From a bacterium (GTDB lineage: Bacteria > UBA8248), in contig OZ241875.1 of assembly GCA_965203325.1 (NCBI GenBank), positions 352,001-416,000 on the forward strand: a stretch of DNA of 64,000 bases, read 5' to 3'. The position numbers were made by a program, and so were the translations under genes. The notes beneath the pieces were generated by a model. That model worked only from the letters and a program-made list of their open reading frames with translations, was not told the origin of the DNA and ran no database searches. Positions 19,488 to 27,502 of the stretch are shown here, piece after piece. Position 1 is the stretch's first letter, and each line of letters begins with the position of its first letter.

Positions 19488-20522
19488 TCACAAATAATCC
19501 TTAACCTCCACCGTTTCACCCAGGCGCGAGCTCGCGTCCGCCGCGTAGACGACGGCCAGGTTCTCGTGCGCCACGCGGCCGTCGACTTCGGGCGTTCTAT
19601 CCCCGCGCACGCAATCGGCGAAATCTTCCAGCGCATCGCGGAACATGTCCCCCTCGGGCATGTCGTATACCGAATCTTCCCCGAGCGGGTCCCGGTCCAC
19701 ATGCAGGCGGATGGGTTCTGACGCCTTGGAGGGGTCGCGCCACTGCTGGCCGGTGATGCGGAAATGCGCGACGCCCTTCGTGCCGTGCACGTTCATGTGA
19801 AACGCCCAGGGGCACGCCCAGCCCCCGCCGACGTAGGAGAGCGCGCCGTTCTCGTGCTCCAGGATCATCATCGAGGTGTCATCCACGTCCTCGGTCGCAT
19901 AGGCGCGCTTTAACTTCGCGGTGACGCTCCTGATCGGCCCGTGCAGGTAGCGGAAGGTGTCGATGTGGTGGATGGACAGCTGGATGACCACGCCGGTGGG
20001 GTTGAGTTCGCGGCTCGAGCGCCATCTGTCGGGCGTGAGTTCCAGCCCACGCTCGGTGCAGAAGTTGCTCTCGCTCATCGAGATTTTCCCGATTTCGCCC
20101 GCGTCTATCAGCTCCTTCATGCGGCGCGAGACGGCCAGACGGCGCGCGCTGTGGCCCACCGCCAGCTTGACGCCCACGCCCTCCGCCGCATCGACGATGG
20201 CCCTTGAGTGCTCCAGGCTGTGCGCGATGGGCTTTTCGCAATAGACGTGCTTGCCCGCGGCGGCCAGCGCCTCGATGTGTTCCTTGTGGTTATGGTTGGG
20301 CGTCGTGAGTATGACGGCCTCGATTTCATCGTCGCTCAAAAGCGCCTCGAAGCTCTCCGCCTCTCTCGCGCCGTAGCGCTCCATGAAGGCGCGGCGCTTT
20401 TCCGCCGTGCGGCTGTAGCACGAGACGATCCTGATTTTACCGCCGCGAAGTGCTGCGTCGGCGAGCACGTTTGCCCAGCGGCCCAGCCCCATCGAGGCGA
20501 CGCGCAGGGGTTCGAACGACAT
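19488..20522 (-). CDS. Gfo/Idh/MocA family oxidoreductase
   Basis: MGLGRWA, TTPNHNH, GKHVYCEKP, HHID. Confidence 0.92.
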   Translation of the reverse strand: MSFEPLRVASMGLGRWANVLADAALRGGKIRIVSCYSRTAEKRRAFMERYGAREAESFEALLSDDEIEAVILTTPNHNHKEHIEALAAAGKHVYCEKPIAHSLEHSRAIVDAAEGVGVKLAVGHSARRLAVSRRMKELIDAGEIGKISMSESNFCTERGLELTPDRWRSSRELNPTGVVIQLSIHHIDTFRYLHGPIRSVTAKLKRAYATEDVDDTSMMILEHENGALSYVGGGWACPWAFHMNVHGTKGVAHFRITGQQWRDPSKASEPIRLHVDRDPLGEDSVYDMPEGDMFRDALEDFADCVRGDRTPEVDGRVAHENLAVVYAADASSRLGETVEVKDYL

Positions 20523-20575
20523 GTTGTTTCTCCTTGGAGTTAAATATCCGGGTGTCGGCTGAATCCAGTATTCAT

Positions 20576-20874
20576 GGGGTTGTTGAAAAGGCCCCCCATC
20601 GAGAGTGTTCGCCGGAATGAAGGGCGTTGTGATTTCTCAAAAGGATGTTCCCGTAGGGACGCTTCGTGAAGCGCCCGTTTCTCCAGTGGGTCGTTCGCGA
20701 ACGACCCCTACGTCACAACCAGAGACGGCGACCGTAGGGGCGACCCCCTGTGGTCGCCCTGCTCCCGCGCCCGTCCTGACGAAGGACAACCATGGAAGGC
20801 AGGACAGGCACGGGGGCCTGTCCCTACGAAAACCGCAAACCCTCCCACCCTCATCGGCTTTTTCCACAACCCCC
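20576..20874. mobile_element. Non-autonomous MITE-like element with IS-like terminal inverted repeats enclosing two REP doublets
   Basis: Left end GGGGTTGTTGAAAAGGCC; right end (reverse complement) GGGGTTGTGGAAAAAGCC. Four GTAG/CTAC-footed hairpins at 20653-20676, 20688-20711, 20734-20759 and 20802-20827. Confidence 0.75.
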
Positions 20875-20920
20875 TATGAGGCGAATGAAACCCTGCAAAC
20901 GCACTCCATCTCTGCCGGCG

Positions 20921-21379
20921 TCAGATACTCACCTGGAAATTGGGCAGACGCACGCCCCCTCCCGCATCCGCCGGGGCCGCGCTCAACTCCTCGAGCGTGG
21001 TTTCGCGCAGCGTCTTGTCGATGGCGTCTTCGAGTTTTTTCCAAAGCGTACGGCTTCCGCATACCGGGATGTTCGGGCACGGCGCCGAGGGAGGCGCATC
21101 GCCGCAATCGACGGGCTGAATCGTCTCGCCCACCGCGCAGAGAACGTCGCGCATGTTGATCTCAGAAGGCGGCATGGCGAGGATGTAGCCGCCTCCCGGC
21201 CCCCTCGTGCTGCTCACCAGAGAGGCCCTGCGCATTTTCACGAACAATTGTTCGAGATAGTGCTGGCTGATGCCGAGCTTGCCTGCAATCTGCGGCAGGG
21301 GCACGGGATGCGTCTGCGAATGCCTCGCCAGCTCAATCATGGCGAGCACGGCGTATCGCCCCTTGGTCGATATCTTCAT
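20921..21379 (-). CDS. Rrf2 family transcriptional regulator (IscR/CymR-like, three C-terminal Cys)
   Basis: MKISTKGRYAVLAM, ISQHYLEQLF, STRGPGGGY, DC..PC..VC. Confidence 0.93.
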   Translation of the reverse strand: MKISTKGRYAVLAMIELARHSQTHPVPLPQIAGKLGISQHYLEQLFVKMRRASLVSSTRGPGGGYILAMPPSEINMRDVLCAVGETIQPVDCGDAPPSAPCPNIPVCGSRTLWKKLEDAIDKTLRETTLEELSAAPADAGGGVRLPNFQVSI

Positions 21380-21417
21380 CGGCGGCATCCTCTCATCGTC
21401 TCTCCCTGCCCCGAACG

Positions 21418-22152
21418 CTAAACGAGCGCACCACGCCCTGAGGGAATTTTCGTCTGCTTGCTCCCGGCGAGCGCGCAGGCAGGACAATCCGGGTCCTGTG
21501 CCACGCGCACGCTCCCGACGGCGTTTTTGCGTAAATCGGCCGCCATCAGCCTGTTCGACCAGGCAGGCGCAAGCCCCTTGAGAACACGCAGCGCGTCGGC
21601 AGCCTGCGCCATGCCCACGAAACCGGCCACCGCGCCGAAAACACCCGCATCCCCGCAGTCGAGGCCGCGGGCGTCCTCGCCCTCCTCGCCCACCAGACAC
21701 CGCAGGCACGCGCTCCGGCCCGGTAGAATCGTCATCATCTGGCCGAAAAAGCGTAAAATCCCGCCCATCACCCACGGCTTGCCGGCTGCGGCGCAGGCGT
21801 CGTTCAGCGCGAGTTTGGCGGCCAGGTTGTCGCTGCCATCAACGATGACGTCATAGGGCGCGATGATTCTGGCGGCGTTCCGGCGCGTGAGTTTCTGGGG
21901 AATCATGTCCACCGCTACCTCGGCGGAGAGCCTGAATATGGAATCGGCGCCCGAGTCCACCTTCAGGCGGCCGATGTCCTCGGTCCGGTGGAGAATCTGG
22001 CGGGCCAGGTTGTCGAGCGTCACCACGTCGTGATCCGCAAGGCCGACCCGTCCCACGCCCGCCGCCGCAAGGGCGAGCGCCGCGGGACAGCCCAGGCCGC
22101 CGACCCCCACGATGAGCGCGGATGAGCGCGCCAGAGCGCTTTTTTCGCTCAT
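21418..22152 (-). CDS. MoeB/ThiF-family adenylyltransferase (catalytic motifs present, N-terminal Arg segment absent)
   Basis: GVGGLG, DHDVVTLDNLARQ, GRLKV, DGSDN, CLRC, DCGDAGV, CPAC. Start placed at MSEKS. Confidence 0.9.
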   Translation of the reverse strand: MSEKSALARSSALIVGVGGLGCPAALALAAAGVGRVGLADHDVVTLDNLARQILHRTEDIGRLKVDSGADSIFRLSAEVAVDMIPQKLTRRNAARIIAPYDVIVDGSDNLAAKLALNDACAAAGKPWVMGGILRFFGQMMTILPGRSACLRCLVGEEGEDARGLDCGDAGVFGAVAGFVGMAQAADALRVLKGLAPAWSNRLMAADLRKNAVGSVRVAQDPDCPACALAGSKQTKIPSGRGALV

Positions 22153-22223
22153 GCGCGCCGTGGATGCGCTCACGGACGCCGGCGGCGCTTCATCGGGCAA
22201 CCTCGCGCGTGGATTATGAAGGC

Positions 22224-22718
22224 TCACGCGCTTGTCTCCTCGAGAATTTCCAGATCGCTCTCGATAAAGGTCTTTTGCTCCGCGTCCCAGGAATACACCT
22301 TCTGCCCGAGCACCATGCCTTCCCGCACGCTCATGACGACGTGCTCGGCATCGGGAAACGCCGGGATATCCCCGAAAGGAACCGCCGCATCCACGTCTTC
22401 CTGCGAGAAATAGGCGTCCTCGTCCGGGTGGCTGTGGAATATGCCGCGAACCACCTCGCCCGCCTTCTCCGCTTCTCTCACGATGCGCTCGAACTCGAAG
22501 GGATCGATCAAGAATGCGCGCCGCGCCGTCCGCGGATAAAATTCGGGGTCTTTCTCGTGCATCTCGTTCTGCACGTTCCTGCAAGGCAGGAGGGCGAGCG
22601 ATTCCTCCTGTCCCCCCTTTGTGCGTGGTGGCCCTATGATCAGCCCGCAGCACTCATCGGGATACGCCTCGCGCGCGTGGCGGTGCATCGTCTCCACCTG
22701 TTCACGATTCAGACGCAA
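22224..22718 (-). CDS. JAB/Mov34 (M67, Mec-like) metallopeptidase
   Basis: AYPDECCG and HSHPDEDAYFSQED (HxH-x7-S-x2-D). TTG start after GGGAGG. Confidence 0.92.
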   Translation of the reverse strand: MRLNREQVETMHRHAREAYPDECCGLIIGPPRTKGGQEESLALLPCRNVQNEMHEKDPEFYPRTARRAFLIDPFEFERIVREAEKAGEVVRGIFHSHPDEDAYFSQEDVDAAVPFGDIPAFPDAEHVVMSVREGMVLGQKVYSWDAEQKTFIESDLEILEETSA

Positions 22719-22732
22719 ACCAAACCTCCCTC

Positions 22733-22908
22733 GGGTTGGTTGAAAAAGTTCTGATTCAGTGGTTTGGTTCGACGTATGTGAAGGTGTATGTCGGACATAT
22801 ATGTCCGACATATATGCGACCCTGCCCTTTACGCCTGCCAACCACGGGCCGCATATATGCGGCCCCTACACGAGCAATCGCGCCCAATGCGGGCCTGTTG
22901 AAAAAGCC
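22733..22908. repeat. REP-doublet element flanked by IS-end-like motifs
   Basis: GGGTTGGTTGAAAAAG ... TATGTCGGACATATATGTCCGACATA-TATGCGACCC ... GGGCCGCATATATGCGGCCCCTAC ... GGGCCTGTTGAAAAAGCC. Confidence 0.7.
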
Positions 22909-22962
22909 TTCGTCGGTCGGCTTGATTGCCCTCTCACCTACATGAAAACCAACCCCCCCTCC

Positions 22963-23901
22963 TCAGCGCGCTTCGCTCAGGTACCTGTCCCCCCCGTCGG
23001 GGAACAGGGTGACGATAACGCCCTTGCCTATCTGCTTCGCCACCTCGCGAACGCCCACGAGCGCAGCGCCCGCCGAATGCCCGATGAAAAGACCCTCTTC
23101 CTTGGCGATGCGCTCGGCGAGGTCGTAGCTTTCCTCGGTGCTCGCCAGAATCAGATTGTCGTGCACACCCTCATCGTAAATCTTCGGGCGAATGGCCGTG
23201 GGGATGTGCTTCATGCCCTCCAGGCCGTGAAACGATTCCGAGGGCATGACCGCATGCACCACGACGCCCGGTTTTCTCTCTTTCAGGCCGCGTCCCGTGC
23301 CCACCAGGGTGCCCGTGGTGCCGAGACCCGCAATGAAATGCCCCACGCGCCCGCCTGTCTGCTCCAGAATCTCTACAGCCGTGGTCTCGACGTGGGCGAG
23401 CGGGTTCGCCGGGTTGTCGTACTGACACGGCAGGAAATACTTCTCCGGCTCATCCTGATACATCTTCGCCGCCAGGCGCTGCGCGCCGTCCGAACCCTCC
23501 AGGGGATCCGAGAGAACGATATCGGCCCCGTAGCCCTTCAAGGTCGCCTTGCGCTCGTCGCTCGCGTTCGCAGGCAGGACGAGTCGGACGGGAACCCCGA
23601 GTGCTGCGCCGATCATGGCGTAGGCGATGCCGGTGTTGCCGCTCGTGGAATCGAGCAGAATCTTGCCGGGCCGCAACGCTCCCGTTTCCAGGCCGTCCTT
23701 CACCATGAAGAGCGCCGGCCTGTCCTTCACCGAACCGCCCGGGTTGAACCACTCCGCCTTGGCGAAGACCTCCACGTCCGGGAATTCGCTCTCGAACATC
23801 TTGATTTCGAGCAGGGGGGTGTTGCCGATACACTTGATGATTGGGGAATCCTCTAAATTTCTGAACGCGCTCGCGGGATTCGCCACCGTCGATTCGACCA
23901 T
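22963..23901 (-). CDS. cysM: Cysteine synthase family protein, CysM-like
   Basis: IGNTPL, NPGGSVKDRPA, STSGNTG, QYDNPAN, GLGTTGT, DGGDRYLS. Confidence 0.85.
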   Translation of the reverse strand: MVESTVANPASAFRNLEDSPIIKCIGNTPLLEIKMFESEFPDVEVFAKAEWFNPGGSVKDRPALFMVKDGLETGALRPGKILLDSTSGNTGIAYAMIGAALGVPVRLVLPANASDERKATLKGYGADIVLSDPLEGSDGAQRLAAKMYQDEPEKYFLPCQYDNPANPLAHVETTAVEILEQTGGRVGHFIAGLGTTGTLVGTGRGLKERKPGVVVHAVMPSESFHGLEGMKHIPTAIRPKIYDEGVHDNLILASTEESYDLAERIAKEEGLFIGHSAGAALVGVREVAKQIGKGVIVTLFPDGGDRYLSEAR

Positions 23902-23934
23902 TGATATGGCCCTCGCGCTTTGCTCCTGAAAATC

Positions 23935-24585
23935 TCAGGAAAAATTCGCACGCGCCTCCATCAGGCCGTGCGAAAAATCGAATCGGGCCTGCGCAGTCGA
24001 CCCCACTGTATCCATTTCATCCACCAGATGCCGCAAGGCTCTCGCGGCCAGCCATGCGCCCAAAGCGCCCTGGGCCGCCACCGTTGATGCGCCCCCTCCA
24101 GGCGGCGTCACGTCCGGCTTCCCGAAAACGCCGGGGCCCTCGTGAATTTCTCCTGACTCCCCACGGGAGACGCCTCGGAGCGCGATTTTCGCCGAAGCCT
24201 CGCATCTCTCATCAACCGGGGCTCCTTCATCGCCCAGCCGGATGAGGACGTCGAAAACCTCCCCTGCTCCCTCGCCCGGGCGAACGGGAACCAGCCTCGA
24301 ATCGGGATTGAGCCTCTTGAGGCCACTCCCCAGGCTGCCGCCAAAGAAGGCGGAGAGCGGCGATTTCGGCTTAAGCCCATCGCTCTCATCGAGCGGACAC
24401 CAGCCGATGCGTCCCACGCCCGCCGCCGCCAGATAGACCAGGGCGGTGAGCGCCGCGCTCTCCTCATCCTCCGAATATGCGATGAGGACGGAAGACGCCA
24501 GCAGGCGCTCCTGGCCGGCTCCCCCCACTTCGGGGAGAAGAATGTGGCGGCTGTAGCGCTGAATCTGCTCTTCGCTCAAGCCCAA
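23935..24585 (-). CDS. Degenerate ThiF/MoeB-like protein (RYSRH segment kept, ATP and Zn motifs lost)
   Basis: EQIQRYSRHILLPEVGGAGQERL, YLAAAGVGRIG, RLNP, FDVLI, GALGAWLAARAL. No GxGxxG, NLxRQ, DN or CxxC. Intact 216-aa frame with RBS. Confidence 0.8.
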   Translation of the reverse strand: MGLSEEQIQRYSRHILLPEVGGAGQERLLASSVLIAYSEDEESAALTALVYLAAAGVGRIGWCPLDESDGLKPKSPLSAFFGGSLGSGLKRLNPDSRLVPVRPGEGAGEVFDVLIRLGDEGAPVDERCEASAKIALRGVSRGESGEIHEGPGVFGKPDVTPPGGGASTVAAQGALGAWLAARALRHLVDEMDTVGSTAQARFDFSHGLMEARANFS

Positions 24586-24617
24586 GGGGCGACTCTCCTC
24601 TCGGAGGATGCGGACGA

Positions 24618-24896
24618 TTACAGGCCGCCCGCGATGGCCGGCACGATGGAGACCTCATCCCCATCGCTCACCGCCGTTCCCTCTCCCTGCAGAAAGCGGA
24701 TGTCCTCCTGGTTCACATAAATGTTCACGAAACGCCGCAGCTTGCCCTCCTCGTCATAGAGGCGCTGGCCGATGCCCGCGAACTGGCCCTCGAGGTTCGC
24801 GAGCACTTCCTTCACGTCCGCGCCCGCGATCTCCACGGCGTCCTGCTGCTGTGTGAACTCCTGCAAAGGTGTCGGAATACGAACCGTTACCGCCAT
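24618..24896 (-). CDS. MoaD/CysO-like ubiquitin-fold sulfur carrier protein, ending AIAGG-L
   Basis: VRIPTPL, RRFVNIYVN.EDIRF, GDEVSIVPAIAGGL*. Confidence 0.93.
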   Translation of the reverse strand: MAVTVRIPTPLQEFTQQQDAVEIAGADVKEVLANLEGQFAGIGQRLYDEEGKLRRFVNIYVNQEDIRFLQGEGTAVSDGDEVSIVPAIAGGL

Positions 24897-24949
24897 TTCT
24901 CTCTCCTGATCTGAAAACCCCGCTCTCCGGGGATGTTGAAGTAAGATTC

Positions 24950-25909
24950 CTAACGAAAATGCTGTTCCAGACTATAATATCTCTCCCAGCCGTCGGGAAT
25001 GACAACCACCACGTTTTCCTCGGGACTCATCCGCCGCGCCACCTCAAGAGCAGCACTTACCGCCGCTCCCGCCGAAATGCCTGCGGCCATGCCCTCTTCG
25101 CGGCTCAGGGCCTTGCTCATCTCATACGCCTCCGAATCGCTGACCGGCATCACCTCGTCGATGATCGCGCGGTTCAACACAGCGGGAATGAAGCCCGCGC
25201 CGATTCCCTGAATCTGGTGCGGGCCGGGCTCCCCGCCGGAAAGAACGGGAGATGCGGCGGGCTCCACGCCGATGACGAGCGTTTCAGGTCTTCTATCCTT
25301 CAGGACCTCCCCCACCCCCGTGATGGTGCCTCCCGTCCCCACGCCCGCCACGAAAGCGTCTATGGATTCCGCGCCCATATCGCGCAGAATCTCGCGCGCC
25401 GTGGTTCTGCGGTGGATTTCCGGGTTGGCCGGGTTGTTGAACTGCTGGGGCATGAAGTAGTCCGGGTTCTCCTCCAGGATGGCTTCGGCCAGTACTAGCG
25501 AGCCGTACATGCCGCCCTCGCTGGAGCTGAAGACCACCTCGGCCCCGTAGCCCGTGAGCAGGGAGTTGCGCTCGTGGCTCATGCTCTTGCTGAGCACGAT
25601 GATCGTCTTGTAGCCGCGAATCGCGCCGATGAGCGCCAGGCCGATGCCTGTGTTGCCGCTCGTGGGCTCGATGATCGTCCCGCCGGGCTTCAGGAGGCCG
25701 CGCCGCTCGCCGTCGAGCACCATGCTGAGCGCGATGCGATCCTTCACGCTTCCGCCGGGGTTGTATTGCTCGAGCTTGGCGAATACGCGCGCGCCGGACG
25801 CATCGGGCAGGCGTTGCAGCTGAACGAGGCTCGTGCCTCCGATGCGATCGATGAGCGAGGGAAGCGCCCTCAGAATCTGGGGCGGGCGACCCCGTGTTCC
25901 CAATGCCAT
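24950..25909 (-). CDS. cysK: Cysteine synthase A (O-acetylserine sulfhydrylase)
   Basis: NPGGSVKDRIA, EPTSGNTG, QQFNNPANP, GVGTGGT, HQIQGIGAGFIP. Confidence 0.93.
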   Translation of the reverse strand: MALGTRGRPPQILRALPSLIDRIGGTSLVQLQRLPDASGARVFAKLEQYNPGGSVKDRIALSMVLDGERRGLLKPGGTIIEPTSGNTGIGLALIGAIRGYKTIIVLSKSMSHERNSLLTGYGAEVVFSSSEGGMYGSLVLAEAILEENPDYFMPQQFNNPANPEIHRRTTAREILRDMGAESIDAFVAGVGTGGTITGVGEVLKDRRPETLVIGVEPAASPVLSGGEPGPHQIQGIGAGFIPAVLNRAIIDEVMPVSDSEAYEMSKALSREEGMAAGISAGAAVSAALEVARRMSPEENVVVVIPDGWERYYSLEQHFR

Positions 25910-25954
25910 GAAAGTGCCCTTCCAGTTCTTTTTATACGGACCCAGACGAGCGTG

Positions 25955-25988
25955 AGCCTATAATTCCCAAACAAATTTGTCAAGAATT
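25955..25988 (-). promoter_or_regulatory. Sigma70 promoter of the cysK operon overlapped by an imperfect palindrome (candidate Rrf2 operator)
   Basis: Minus strand TTGACA-17 nt-TAGGCT. The -35 lies inside AATTCTTG-ACAAATTTGT-TTGGGAATT. Confidence 0.55.
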
Positions 25989-26114
25989 CCATCTTAAAGA
26001 GATTTCCCGTTTTTTCTCCTCCTCGACATATTCCCGACATACTCCCAATATATTCTCGGTGTGCTACATTTTCATGTCGCATCGCCTTATGATGTGACGC
26101 GAAAGGAGAAAGAC

Positions 26115-26936
26115 ATGGCGAAACCCGAGAGCCTGCCCCCCATCGCCTTGACGATAGCGGGCTCGGATTCGGGCGGCGGAGCCGGGATTCAGGCGGATAT
26201 CAAGACTTTCAGCGCATTCGGCGTCTACGGCGCCTCGGTCATCACCGCGCTGACGGCGCAGAACACCGTGGGCGTGCAGGGGGTGCACGGCGCGCCGCCC
26301 GATTTCATCGCGGCGCAATTCGACTCGGTGTGCACGGATTTGGACGTGGCGAGCGCGAAAATCGGTATGCTCGCCACGGTCGACGTCATCGAGGTCGTCG
26401 CTGCGAAGCTCAAAGAGCACGCGCTCGCGCGCGTCGTGCTCGACCCGGTGATGGTCGCCAAAAGCGGAGACCGCCTGCTCGCGCCCGATGCGAGAGAGGC
26501 GCTCGTCGAAAAACTTTTCCCGCTGGCCGAGGTCGTCACCCCCAATACGGAAGAGGCGCGCGACATTCTGGAGACCGGAGAAATCGAAAACCTCGCGCAG
26601 ATGAGAGACGCCGCCCGGGCGCTTCATGAGCGCGGGGCGAAATGCGTACTGCTCAAAGGAGGCCACATCACCTACGGGGCTGTGGACATTTTCTTCGACG
26701 GCGAAAATGAGGTCGCGCTCGAGGGCAGGCGGGTCGACACCCCCCATACCCACGGTACGGGGTGCACGCTCTCTTCCGCCATCGCGGCGGGGCTTGCGCT
26801 GGGGGATTCCACCACCTCGGCGGTGAGGCGGGCGAAAGATTTCATCCAGGGCGCCATCGAGAACGCGCTCGCCATCGGAAACGGCCGAGGCCCGCTCAAC
26901 CACATGTACCGCCAACGCGAGGGAAAATCGCCATGA
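26115..26936 (+). CDS. thiD: Hydroxymethylpyrimidine/phosphomethylpyrimidine kinase
   Basis: LTIAGSDSGGGAGIQAD, DPVMVAKSG, LKGGH, HTHGTGCTLS. Confidence 0.96.
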   Translation: MAKPESLPPIALTIAGSDSGGGAGIQADIKTFSAFGVYGASVITALTAQNTVGVQGVHGAPPDFIAAQFDSVCTDLDVASAKIGMLATVDVIEVVAAKLKEHALARVVLDPVMVAKSGDRLLAPDAREALVEKLFPLAEVVTPNTEEARDILETGEIENLAQMRDAARALHERGAKCVLLKGGHITYGAVDIFFDGENEVALEGRRVDTPHTHGTGCTLSSAIAAGLALGDSTTSAVRRAKDFIQGAIENALAIGNGRGPLNHMYRQREGKSP

Positions 26937-27020
26937 GCCGCGTATTCTCGCGCAAACGGATTTTTCATATGACAGGCCACGATTTCACAAGCTGCGATTC
27001 TACAAACCGAAGGAGCCGTT

Positions 27021-27425
27021 ATGAGCGATAGCAAACCATTGCGCGTGCGGGAGAGCGAAGCCCTGAGCGGGGAATTGCCCGTGCCCGGGGGCAGGAGCAT
27101 GTTCCGCATTCTGCTGGATGAGGAGACCGTGGGCGCCAGACAGTTCGCCCTGCTCATCAACGAATTCGACCCGGGCCTCACCTCCACCGCCCACAAACAC
27201 GACAAGGAGGAACACGCCTTCTACATCATCAGCGGTACGGGGGTGATCGACATCGAAGGGGAGAAGATACCCGTCGAAGCGGGCGATGCGGTTTTCGTGC
27301 CTCCGGGCAAGATGCACCAAATCACGAGCACGGGTGACGCGCTGTTCAAATATATGGTTTTATACTCGCCTCCGGGACCCAACGTCGCGCTCCGGGAAAA
27401 AGGCGGCTATGGACTCGCCGAATGA
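27021..27425 (+). CDS. Cupin domain protein
   Basis: HKHDKEE..YIISG and GDAVFVPPGKMH. Confidence 0.88.
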   Translation: MSDSKPLRVRESEALSGELPVPGGRSMFRILLDEETVGARQFALLINEFDPGLTSTAHKHDKEEHAFYIISGTGVIDIEGEKIPVEAGDAVFVPPGKMHQITSTGDALFKYMVLYSPPGPNVALREKGGYGLAE

Positions 27426-27502
27426 TTCGGGCCCGACGCGTGAAACCGTCTTCATGAAATCGGTATAATGGACTGACTTGAAATCCTTATCGGGAACAGA
27501 AA

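Noticed and set aside
22153..22653. Long N-terminal extensions given by the ORF track for MoeB (similarly Rrf2, Mec, ppiD, trmFO, argF, mlaF)
   Set aside because: They overlap upstream genes or repeats and show no family similarity. Starts were trimmed to RBS- or motif-supported codons.
20576..22908. CRISPR array
   Set aside because: The hairpins differ in sequence, there is no constant repeat-spacer period and there are no cas genes.
26933..27031. 32-aa ORF bridging thiD and the cupin gene
   Set aside because: The ATGA overlap is suggestive but there is no other coding evidence.
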